A stretch of DNA of 52,031 nt, taken from sequence record MH115576.1; one strand, 5' to 3'. A program made the translations under genes and the position numbers. Below, piece by piece: positions 27,897 to 39,000 of this stretch; the first letter of the stretch is position 1; each line of letters starts with the position of its first letter. Source of the stretch: Acinetobacter phage AM106. Below the pieces are notes generated by a model, which saw only the letters and a program-made list of their open reading frames with translations, made no database searches and was not told where the DNA came from.

Positions 27897-27905
27897 GGAG
27901 GTCTC

Positions 27906-28604
27906 ATGACTTTACAAAGTGACTTCCAGAAACTTGAACCAGGTGGATTAATTCACCTGTATGAATTAGATGCCAGCTCGTATGGAGTTGGCATTCTTCG
28001 ATTTCATGGCCATCAGCAAATGGAAAGTATTTTTTGGCAGGGTCAGGAGTTTGAAGCTATTAGTCTGGATGTCTCTGGTTTAGAAATGAGATCAGATGGT
28101 AAGGCTTCGGCTCCCACATTAACAATCGCCAATAACCTGAACGGAATACAAGGTGCAATTTCAGCTTACTGTCTCCAATGTAAAGATTTCGTTGGAGCTA
28201 AACTCAAAGTTATAACCACACTCACCAAGTATCTTGATGCCAAGAACTTTCCTGAAGGCAATCCAACAGCATCAAATGAATCAAAAGAGCAGATTTGGTA
28301 TATCGAGCAGAAAACATCTGAAAATGCTCAACAAGTAACTTTTGAGCTTTCAAACCCGATTGATTTTGAGGGGTTGAGAATACCAGTTCGTCAAATTACT
28401 TCATTGTGCCATTGGTGCACGATGGGGAAATATCGTGGTGAAGAATGTGGTTATACCGGCGCTGCTATGTTTACAGAAAAGGATGAGCCAACTGATAACC
28501 CTGCATTAGATCGATGTGGAGGAAGGTTGCGCTCTTGCCGATTACGCTTTGGAGAAAACAAGCCCCTTCCTTTTGGAGGATTCCCAGCATCAAGCTTAGT
28601 TTGA
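27906..28604 (+). CDS. Minor tail protein, lambda gpL-like (C-terminal Cys cluster)
   Basis: 232 aa; 'CHWCTMGKYRGEECGYTG...DRCGGRLRSCRLRFG' resembles gpL Fe-S cysteines. Confidence 0.65.
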   Translation: MTLQSDFQKLEPGGLIHLYELDASSYGVGILRFHGHQQMESIFWQGQEFEAISLDVSGLEMRSDGKASAPTLTIANNLNGIQGAISAYCLQCKDFVGAKLKVITTLTKYLDAKNFPEGNPTASNESKEQIWYIEQKTSENAQQVTFELSNPIDFEGLRIPVRQITSLCHWCTMGKYRGEECGYTGAAMFTEKDEPTDNPALDRCGGRLRSCRLRFGENKPLPFGGFPASSLV

Positions 28605-28610
28605 GGTCCT

Positions 28611-29366
28611 ATGAAACTAACAGCAAAAATCAAAAAAGCGGTAATGGCCCATGCTGATGAATGCTATCCGCATGAATGCTGTGGGGTCATTGTAGACAAG
28701 GAATATATCCCTTGTCGAAATGTAGCAAACAAATCAGATCAGTTTGAAATACATCCTGAAGACTTAGCTTTTGCAGAAGACCAGGGCGAGATATTAGCGT
28801 ATGTGCATTCCCACCCTGACGGAACTACAAGAGCCTCAGAACTAGACTTAATTCAAATTGAGTTACATCAAAAGCCTTGGGTAATTTGTTCCTATCCGGA
28901 TCTAGATTTTCAAATATATGAACCATGTGGTTATCGCGCCCCTTTAGTGGGGCGTAATTATTTTCACGGTTGGCAGGATTGCTACGCTCTTATACGCGAT
29001 TTTTATAGTCGTGAATTAGGAGTCGAACTTATGGATTTCGAGCGTAAAGATGCTTGGTGGGAAGATAAAGATCATCCATCACTTTATCTTGAGAATTATG
29101 AGAAAGCAGGCTTCTATGAAGTAGATACGCCGCAATATGGCGATATGCTTGTTTGTCGTGTTGGGCGTACTGAACATCCCAATCATGCGGTTGTTTGGCT
29201 TGGGGATAATGGGCAGCTTAAATCGGAACAAACTGAGCAATGCATAGGTTCAAGTCTAATTCTTCATCATCCATATAATCGTAAATCTGTTCGTGAAATT
29301 TATGGCCAACAATGGCAAGAGCGAACAGTAAAGATATTGAGGCATCGAGATGTTAAAAACCATTAA
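28611..29366 (+). CDS. Tail assembly protein, lambda gpK-like (MPN/JAB + NlpC/P60)
   Basis: 'HECCGVIVDK...YVHSHPDG' JAB motif; C-terminal Cys/His hydrolase region. Confidence 0.65.
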   Translation: MKLTAKIKKAVMAHADECYPHECCGVIVDKEYIPCRNVANKSDQFEIHPEDLAFAEDQGEILAYVHSHPDGTTRASELDLIQIELHQKPWVICSYPDLDFQIYEPCGYRAPLVGRNYFHGWQDCYALIRDFYSRELGVELMDFERKDAWWEDKDHPSLYLENYEKAGFYEVDTPQYGDMLVCRVGRTEHPNHAVVWLGDNGQLKSEQTEQCIGSSLILHHPYNRKSVREIYGQQWQERTVKILRHRDVKNH

Positions 29367-30021
29367 ACTGTATGGAGTATTGGGACAAAAGTTTGGCCGT
29401 GAATTTAAACTTGATGTTTTAAATACACGTGAAGCTATGCGTGCATTAGCAGTACAAGTTGAAGGTTTCGAGCAGTTCATGTTGAAAGCACATGAGCAGG
29501 GACTCCAGTTTGCTGTATTTCTTAAGAGTAAAAATTCAAGCAAAAAGCGTGGAAAGAAAAGCCCATCAATTTATGACCATGAATCAAAACGACTGATTAC
29601 TGGAGACAATATCAGTGAAGACCAGCTTGATATGACTACACAAGCTGAAGTTATTCATGTTGTGCCTAGAGTAGTTGGAGCGGGCGGGGGTGGTGGCCTT
29701 CAAACAATTATCGGGGCTGTTATGGTAGTTGTAGGGGTGGTTGTAGGGGTGTTTGCTGGATGGACTGGTGTTGGTGCAGTTGTGGCACAAGGGTTAATCG
29801 GGGCGGGTATCGGCATGATGCTTGGTGGTGTGGCAATGATGCTTATGCCAAAGGTCGATAATACTCAGGACCAAAACCAAGATGGTAATAGGGCAAACCA
29901 AGGATTCGGTGGAGCTGTAACTACGGTTGCCCAAGGGAACCCTGTTCCAGTTTTATATGGCCAACGTGAAGTTGGTGGATTCATTGTGAGTGCTGGTCAG
30001 TATCCTGAAGACCAGATGTAG
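29350..30021 (+). CDS. Tail assembly protein, lambda gpI-like
   Basis: 'MLKTIKLYGVLGQKFGREFKLDV.T..EAMRAL' typical gpI N-terminus; Gly-rich hydrophobic C-terminal half. Confidence 0.6.
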   Translation: MLKTIKLYGVLGQKFGREFKLDVLNTREAMRALAVQVEGFEQFMLKAHEQGLQFAVFLKSKNSSKKRGKKSPSIYDHESKRLITGDNISEDQLDMTTQAEVIHVVPRVVGAGGGGGLQTIIGAVMVVVGVVVGVFAGWTGVGAVVAQGLIGAGIGMMLGGVAMMLMPKVDNTQDQNQDGNRANQGFGGAVTTVAQGNPVPVLYGQREVGGFIVSAGQYPEDQM

Positions 30022-30043
30022 AAAATTTGTTGTGATGTTTTTT

Positions 30044-30068
30044 TAAGGCGCTTTAAGCGCCTTTTTTA
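30044..30068 (+). terminator. Rho-independent terminator (palindrome AAGGCGCTTTAAGCGCCTT + T6)
   Basis: Read directly. Confidence 0.55.
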
Positions 30069-30087
30069 TTGCGCGAGATTTAAACCT

Positions 30088-33000
30088 ATGGCGATTGTAA
30101 AAGGCGCGAAAAAGGGCAAAGGTGAGGCAAGAAAACCTGTAGTTGCTCCAGATTCCGCACAATCTAAAACCTATATAAAAATCTTATATGGTTTAGGTGA
30201 AGGCGAAATTGAAGGATTAGCCAATGGCAATCAATCAATATTTCTTGAAGGAACTCCACTACAAGATGCCAATGGGAATCTGAATTATTCAAACGTAAAA
30301 CTAGATTTCCGTAAAGGAACTAATGATCAAGATTACATTGAAGGTTTTCCTTCAGTAGAAAGTGAAACTGCTGTCGATGTCGAATTGAAGTCAGGTGCTC
30401 CATGGGTACGAGCTTTTAATAATATTGATCTTGATGCCGTTCGTATTCGCTTAAAGTGGGGACCACTTCGCCAGCAGGACTCAAGCACTGGTGATGTTAG
30501 TGGTATAACAATTGAATATGCTATCGATATACAAACTGACGGTGGTGCCTGGACAGAAGTATTAAAAACAAAAATATCCGATAAGACTTCTGCAAATTAT
30601 GAACGAGCTCACCGTATTGATTTACCAAAGGCCGATAGTGGTTGGTTAATCCGGGTACGTCGCATTACACCTAATTCAACCTCTGAGTTTGTAAGCGACA
30701 AAATGTATGTTGAGGCATTTACTGAAGTTGTTGATGCAAAATTAAGATACCCAAATACGGCATTATTAGGTCTGCAATATGATGCCGAAACTTTTGGAAA
30801 TGTGGCGAAATTAGCTGTAGATCTGAAAGGTCGATTGCTTTTAGTACCAACCAATTACAACCCGCAAACGCGACAATATACTGGAATTTGGGATGGTACT
30901 TTTAAAAGAGCTTACACAAATAACCCGGCATGGATTTACTACGACCTTTGTACAAATGATCGTTATGGTTTAGGAAATCGCTTAACCCCATTCATGATTG
31001 ATAAATGGTCTTTGTACCGTTTAGCTCAATACTGCGATCAAAGCGTTTCCGACGGACTTGGCGGCCAAGAACCTAGATTTACATGTAATGTGTACATTCA
31101 AAATGCTGAAGATGCTTTCAGTATATTAATGAAATTGGCTGGTGTCTTTCGAGCGATTGCCTTCTGGGATGGTACAAGCATTATATGTGATGCCGATATA
31201 CCACAAGACACATATTTCACCTATACCCGTGCAAATGTGGTTGGTGGTGTTTTCGAATACTCAGGAACACGTGCACGTGATCGGCATAATGTAGTTAAGG
31301 TTGCGTGGGATAATCCTGCAAATCACTATAAAACAGAATACGAATTTGTTCGCGATGAAAATGCTATTGCTGAGTCTGGCCAAGTACGCATTCTTGAATT
31401 AGATGCGTGGGGATGTACTTCTCGTGGCCAGGCTCAACGTGCAGGCCACTGGGCTTTAAAATCCGAGCAAAAGGAGACTCGTACAGTTTCGTTTAAAGTC
31501 GGTTTAGATGGGCATATTCCACTGCCAGGAAGAGTAATTGAAATTGCGGATGAACTGTTTGCAGGACGTGCTAATGGCGGACGTGTATCTAAAATTTCTG
31601 CTGATCTCAAAAGCATAACCATTGATCGAGATGACGTTATTGCTAAAGCTGGTGATCGTCTGGTTATCAATGGCGAAAATGGCAAAGCACAAACGCGAAT
31701 TGTTCAGTCGATCTCTGGTCGGGTTATCACAGTAACACTTCCATTCGATGAGAATTCAATTGCTGTACAAAACGTATGGGTTCTTGATGCTCAAGATTTA
31801 GCGACAATGAAGTTCCGCGTAATTTCAATCTCGCAAGAAGAAAAACACCAATTTAGCATTACAGCGCTTCAGTACAACCCGCAAAAATTTGATGAAATTG
31901 ATAACGGGGCATTCTTTGAAGATGCACCTATTTCAATTATTAATCCTTCAATCCAGGAACCGGTTAAAGATGTTTTGATTACGACTGAAAGTCGTGTTGA
32001 TCAGGGTATTAATATCACCACAATGATTGTGTCTTGGATGCAAGCGAAAGGTGCCGTTAAGTATCTGGTTGAGTGGCGAAAAGATGATGGATCGTGGATC
32101 CGGTTACCGCAAACAGGAAATAATTCAGTCGAGGTACCTGGTGTTTATTCAGGTCAATATCAAGCTCGTGTTACCGCAATTTCTGCTTTTGAAATCGCAT
32201 CTTTACCGGTTACATCTTCCTTAACTGAAATTACTGGAAAGCAGGGATTACCGCCGAAAATAGCTTTTATACGTGCCACAGGTATTTTGTTTGGAATGAA
32301 GCTTGATTGGGGATTCCCTCCAACAGGTGCAAAAGATACAGCTTATACCGAAATTGAAGTTTCACCTGATGGCATCAACAATATTGCTCAATTAGGATTG
32401 TTTGCATATCCGACTACCACTACCACAATCCAAGGTTTACAACCTAATCTTAGACAGTTTTATCGCGGTCGATTAATTGACCGGATTGGCAATGTTGGTC
32501 CTTGGTCTGAATGGGTCAATGGTACGACCACAGCAGATCCGGAAGCGGTTCTTGATCTTATTTCTGGTCATATTAATGAGAGTGATCTTGCCCAAGAGCT
32601 TCAAGGTAAAATTGAAAATTCAGTCGATGTATCTGAAGCAGCCCAAGCTGCAGCAAATAATGCCCAAGCTGTTGCTAGTAGCGCCCAAACTGCAGCTAAC
32701 AATGCCCAGGCTGTGGCCTCTGAAGCTAAGACGGCGGCCTCGAGTGCTCAATCGGCAGCAACCACTGCTCAAACACAAGCTTCTTCAGCCCAAAAAATAG
32801 CAAATGATGCGAGTGTTATAGCGACCAATGCTAAAAATACTGCTGATCAGGCAGCTGAAGATGCGTCTTCAGCAATAACGGCAGCAGCAGAAGCAAAAAC
32901 TACTGCTACTAATGCGAATACGACCGCAACGAATGCACAAACAACCGCAAATAATGCTTCTTCGGCAGCATCAAAAGTTGCTTCAGATTTAACAACCTCA

Positions 33001-36000
33001 ACAAATCAGTTGAATAAGAAAATCGCTGATGAAACTGATGCACGCACAGCGGCAATTTCTAAACTGAATGATGGTCTCACCACAGAAACGTCTCAGCGCA
33101 AGTCAGAAGATGCTGCACTGTTAAACAATATTGAGACTTATAAGTCGAGCACCAATGGCACTTTGTCTAGTCTGCAAACGCAAATTAATACCAACGCGAC
33201 AAATACAAGTGCAAATACATCAAAAATTTCTTCGCTTGACTCTCGTTTAACCACAAACGAAGGCAAAACCGCAGATGCGATTAATGCAGCGGCAACAGCT
33301 CAACAAACTGCCAATACCGCCGTTACTAATGCGGCAGCAGCAGCTTCGGCAGTTACCTCACTAAAATCAGAGTTGAGTACAGGCAAAGGCATCAACAATA
33401 TCATTGCGCCTTTTTCTGATCCGCAAGAACTATCACCTTACATTATCGGTGCGTCGAGAACCGTTGCCTTAGTAAAATCACCAATGCGTATTAAGGGTAA
33501 TGCTTATGACGTTACATTTAATGCGGTGGCTGGCAGTATTTATTTTGGTTCCTCGTCACTAGCAACAGTCAATACTGCGGCGGCAGGTGTTGTCAGTGGC
33601 GGAAAGCGTTACATGCTAAGCGCTTATTTAAAGAACCTCGATGCCACTAAACAGGCAGATGTTTACTTTACATTGCATTGGTTTAAACGTGCAGCAAACG
33701 GCACTTTCACGGCTTCTCAAAGTGTTTTATTAAATCAGGCAACTAACAACACACGAGTAACACCTTCAAACGACGGCGGTACAATTAGCTGTAAAGCTGT
33801 AGCAGCACCACCAGATGCAGTTGCCTTTGCGGTTATCTGTTCTGGCAACGGCGTTTATAACGTCGCTGGTTCACGCATTCTCATTGACATGTTAATGCTT
33901 GAAGAGGTCGTTGGTGTCGATGTACCTGCTTCAACATGGACAGCAGGACCAACTGATTTAAGTGCTATTAAATCCGCTCTTGATGCCAATGCTTCTGCTA
34001 TTAGCAAAATCGATACCCGTGTAACAAATGCCGAAGGCACCATTACAAGCCAAGGCAATTCAATTACTCAATTGAATAACAGCGTTACGTCAATCAATGG
34101 CGAACTTACGAAGAAAGCTGATGCTACGGCTTTAAATGCCTTAACCAACCGAGTATCGACAGCAGAAGGCACAATTACAAGTCAAGGCAATTCAATTACG
34201 TCTTTACGTAATGATTTAAACGCAACCAATGACAAGGTTTCGTCAAAAGCGGACTCAAGTGCATTAAATTCCTTAGATTCTAAGGTTACAAGCATTGATG
34301 GAAGAGTAACTAGCAATACGAGTGCTGTGACCTCATTGCAAGGTCGTGTTTCAACCGTCGAGGGTGGACTTTCATCGAAAGCAGATGCCTCGGCATTAAA
34401 CAATTACTACACCAAAACAGAGGCGGATTCTGCCGCTTCTGGCGCAATCGACAAGTTCAACAGTCAATTGACGATTGGTGGTGTAAACGTTGTTGCGAAC
34501 TCCGAAGCTCCTCGCACTTCAACTGCCGCAACGAATCGCGAATATTTACTGTATGAACGTAGCGCCGAATTAAAAGCGTTCTATGACGAAAACCTTGAGA
34601 AGCCAATCACGATTTCGTTTGAAATGAGCGTTCCTGTGGCTGGACCGGTTCAAGTTTATTCGTCAAATGGTTCTGCTCACCAATTCGTTACTTCCGTTAA
34701 TGCAATTATCGTAAATCAATTTGCCAAATATTCAGTAACAGTTAGTCCAAAAGCGCATACGGCAAGTACAACTGTTTCGACAATTGAGTTCTATGGAACG
34801 TATGGAACTGGCCGTATCCCGACGATTCGTAAATTACAAATTGAAGCGGGCACAAAGGCTACCGCTTGGAGTCCAAGCCCTCGTGATACAAAGGCTGCAA
34901 TTGACGCCAATGCTTCTGCAATTCAAACGACCCAAACAAAAGTTGACAATATCGATGGTCGGCTAACCACTGCTACAGATTCGATTACGTCACTAAATTC
35001 GCGCATGTCTACAGCCGAAGGAAATATCAACAGCACAAATACTGCGGTTGGTGGACTTTCGACACGCATGGCAACCGCTGAGGGCAAGATCACCAATCAA
35101 AGTGATTCAATTGCATCGCTACAAAATAGCGTCACCTCAATCAATGGAACACTGGCAAACAAAGCCGATTCAAGCGCGGTCAATAACTTAACTAGCCGAG
35201 TGGAAACAGCCGAGGGCAAGATTTCAAGTCAAAGCGGGCAGATTACTTCGCTTAGCAATAGCCTTGATCTAACAAACAGTAACTTGAACGACGTAAACGT
35301 TCTGGCGCGACTGTTATCTCTTGGCAAGCCTCTACGCGACGATCCAACTTTTAAATCAACCACAGGCGGGTTGGCTGCTTACGCCTTGCAGTCTGGCTCT
35401 TCATTTACAAGACAAGCCAAATCAACAGACAACCCAATGGACAGCGCTTATGAAATGTTATTGCGCGCCACAACCACGCTTGGTTCGGGATGGTACCCAA
35501 ACAACCCAACTGTAAACGGCGGTCCTAATAAAGCATTCTTAGTGAAACAAGTAATTAAGATGCCAATTGGCCAAAAACTCGCCGCGTTTAACAATCCTTT
35601 GGGAGCTGGTGGTTATGTACGCATTTTAGGTAATGCAGAAGGTACGGGTAAATTTGAAACTTATTATTCCGTTATTCAGTGCGGTCCTGATGCCAATACG
35701 GCTATTCAAGGACACTTTAGAGTAATTAACAGCTCTAATCCACCAGTGCCTTCAGCAAGCAACCCAGTTGATGTAATTCTCGCTTCATACGAAGTGTTTG
35801 ATGTTACGGCTGTAAACGACACCATTCCAAAAGCTTATAGCAATGCTATTGCAGCCAATGCGAATGCGATTAACACCCTATCAAATACAGTCAGCCAGCA
35901 GGGTAATACCATTACTTCCCATAGTAATTCTATTACCCAACTCAACAACAGCATTTCAAGCATTAATGGCGCACTTTCGAGTAAAGCGGATACGAGCGCA

Positions 36001-39000
36001 TTACAGTCACTTGATTCAAAAGTAACCCTAATCGACGGCAAAGTTACATCTAACTCTTCTGCATTAACCGCATTACAAAGCAGCTTTGATGGGTTGCCGA
36101 ATCAGGGCGTGAACTTGCTTGGCCCTGAGATTTCAAATCCAGTAGAAAAGCCAACCAACTGGACGTCTGGATTGCCATTTGAAATCATCCAATCGCCAGA
36201 TACGGTAAATGTACGCGCGTTCCAATTCACGATGCCTGCTTCTTCAGGGAACGGCACATACTTCAATATTGGCGGAGGGCAGGTTCCACGCCAATGGCTG
36301 ACAGAAGGAAAGTACATCTTTAGTTTTGTTGCCAAAACTGTTGGCGGAACCCCACCGCATGCTATTGAGTGGCAACTCTACAATGTAGATAGTACACGCC
36401 TGCGCTTTAATATTACCGCAACATTAACCCGCTATAGCGGGGTGTTCACGGTGCCCGCTGGTGGTGCCGCTGCATGTATGCTGTTAATCGGAAACCCTAC
36501 AGGCAAACCTGCGGGACAAGTTATCAATATCGAAAGAATGATGCTTGAACGGCAAGTTGGCAACAACACAACCCCTTCGGCTTGGATTGCAGGTAGCGAC
36601 CCAACCGGAATGATTCTTTCAACGCAAGCCAAGGCGACTGATTTATTCAACACAGCCACTAGCCAAAACGCCGCGACTGCGGGACGCGTCACTAGCCTCG
36701 AAAGTCGCATGACGACCACAGAAGGCAATTTAAACAAAAAGGCTGATGCTTCTGCGCTTCAAAACCTCGACACGAAAGTTACGAATGTCGATGGCAAAGT
36801 AACGTCAAATACCAATGCCATTACAGCTTTAAGTTCAACTTTAAGCAACGCTACTTCAAGCATTTCAATGAATGCGGGTAATGCACAGGGCGATTGGACA
36901 TTCTTTAATACGTCAGGCGAATACTCAATTGTTGCACAAGCGGATGGCCAAGCGGGTCGTGTTATTCAACTTGGAAATAATGCTGGCAATGATATTGTTT
37001 GGATGCATCCGAATAACTTCATTCCTTTTGATGCAACTAAGACATATCGACTTCGTGCGCGGTATCGCCGTCGTGCCGGAACAGGCACAATTTACCTCGG
37101 TGTCTCTCAGAAAACCCCAGACAAGGCACTATACGTAACAACAGCCAACGCATTATCGGGCGACATGGGATCTTCTAACTATGTCGTTAATGCCCACGCG
37201 CCTGCGATCGATGAATGGCAAGAAATCGTTGCGTATATCAAAGGTCGATCAGCAGGAGCGGCATCAGGTTCAGGCTCAAAAACAAGCCCACGTACTGTTT
37301 CACAACAAGCAGGCTTCATCACGCCGATGTTTATTGCAAACTATTCGGCGCAAACGGGCATTGTTGAGCTTGATTACCTAATTCTGGAAGATGCAGAGGC
37401 AATTGTTGCCAATGATGCAAATGCATCAGCGATTAGCGCTCTTGATACCAAAGTATCAGAAGTTGATGGACGCTTAACGACAGCAACAAATTCAATCACT
37501 TCGCTTAACTCTCGTATGAGTGCGGCAGAAGGGAATATCTCAGCGGCAAACTCGGCTCTAAGCGGGCTTTCGACAAGAATGACGGCTGCTGAAAATGGTT
37601 TAACAAATCAAAGCAACGCGATTACTAATTTAAGTAACAGCTTGACGGTTACAACCAATACAGCCAACGCTGCATTGCCAAAGATTCAGGGCGGCACTGG
37701 CGCAGCTAAGTTATTTAGAGGCGTGCTGGTGTGGCAACAAAACGGCGCAAATCTAACTGGCAATATCGTAATCCAAACGCCAATTACGTTCACAAATAAA
37801 ATGTTCCGACTTTCACTTACTGGCTATAACTACTTGGCCGCTAAGAATGAAATTAATCTGAACATTGGGGGTTATGCATATTCGGGCACCTCTCTACTTC
37901 AACATGGTGTAGTGAATTCGGGCACCATGCCAATTCGAGTTCGCATGGGCGTCCGTAATGGCACAGTAGTCATTATTTTGACGTCCCAAGCGCCCGGTGC
38001 TTATTGGCAGTATCCAAAATTCAACATTGATGCCGAAATCGGCTATACAACTCCGCCAGACGAATGGATGAATGGTTGGTCTGCAAGCTTCATGGCAGAG
38101 GCAGACCTCGCATCTAATGGCATTTCGGCGATCATTGAGCCGTCTTTATTAGACATTTCAACAACGCTTAATGCCACTGCATCTGCAATTAGCAATCTGA
38201 CAAATACTGTGTCTCAACAGGGTAATACAATTACTTCACAAAGTAATTCTATTACCACCTTAACCAACAAGATTACTAACAACGATTTATCGAATCTTGT
38301 TCTTAATCCTGATTTCGTAGACCCGAAAAGCGATTGGACATCTGGCGTAATTGTTGATGCGACTGACGCAGCACCTAACCCTCCTTCTGCAAAAGCATTA
38401 AGACTGAATAACCGCGATAGTTATTACGGTCCTTTCGTCAAATGTAATGTTGGCGACATGTTCTATGTTTCGGCTTGGTTTGCGACGCCAAATACATCAG
38501 CAACCGCTTCTGCCGTGCTTGGTTTCAATACTCGGAACAGCGCAGGCACTTATACATGGTATAGCGTTGCCATTAAGTCTACGGACAAAAATGCTTGGGG
38601 TATGGTGGAAGGTTATTTCACTGTGCCAAATGGCATGGTTGATATTCGACCTTGGCTTCAAGTAAGTATAGCTGCGTCAGAAGCAGCGGGGCAGCAATGG
38701 CATGTTACGAACATTCAAGTACGTAACATTACAGGTAATAAGAAATTAGCAACCGACTTGCAAGCAACCTCGTCTGCATTAAGTACGCTTGATTCCAAAG
38801 TTACAAACATTGACGGCCGTGTAACTTCCGCATCTAACAATATTGTTTCGCTCAACAATAGCGTCACAAACATCAATGCCACCCTTGCTCAAAAGGCAGA
38901 TGCGACAGCGTTAAATTCGCTCTCTAACCGCGTAACAAATGCAGAAGGAAATATCACAAGCCAAGGTAACTCAATTACCTCATTGACTAACTCATTAGCA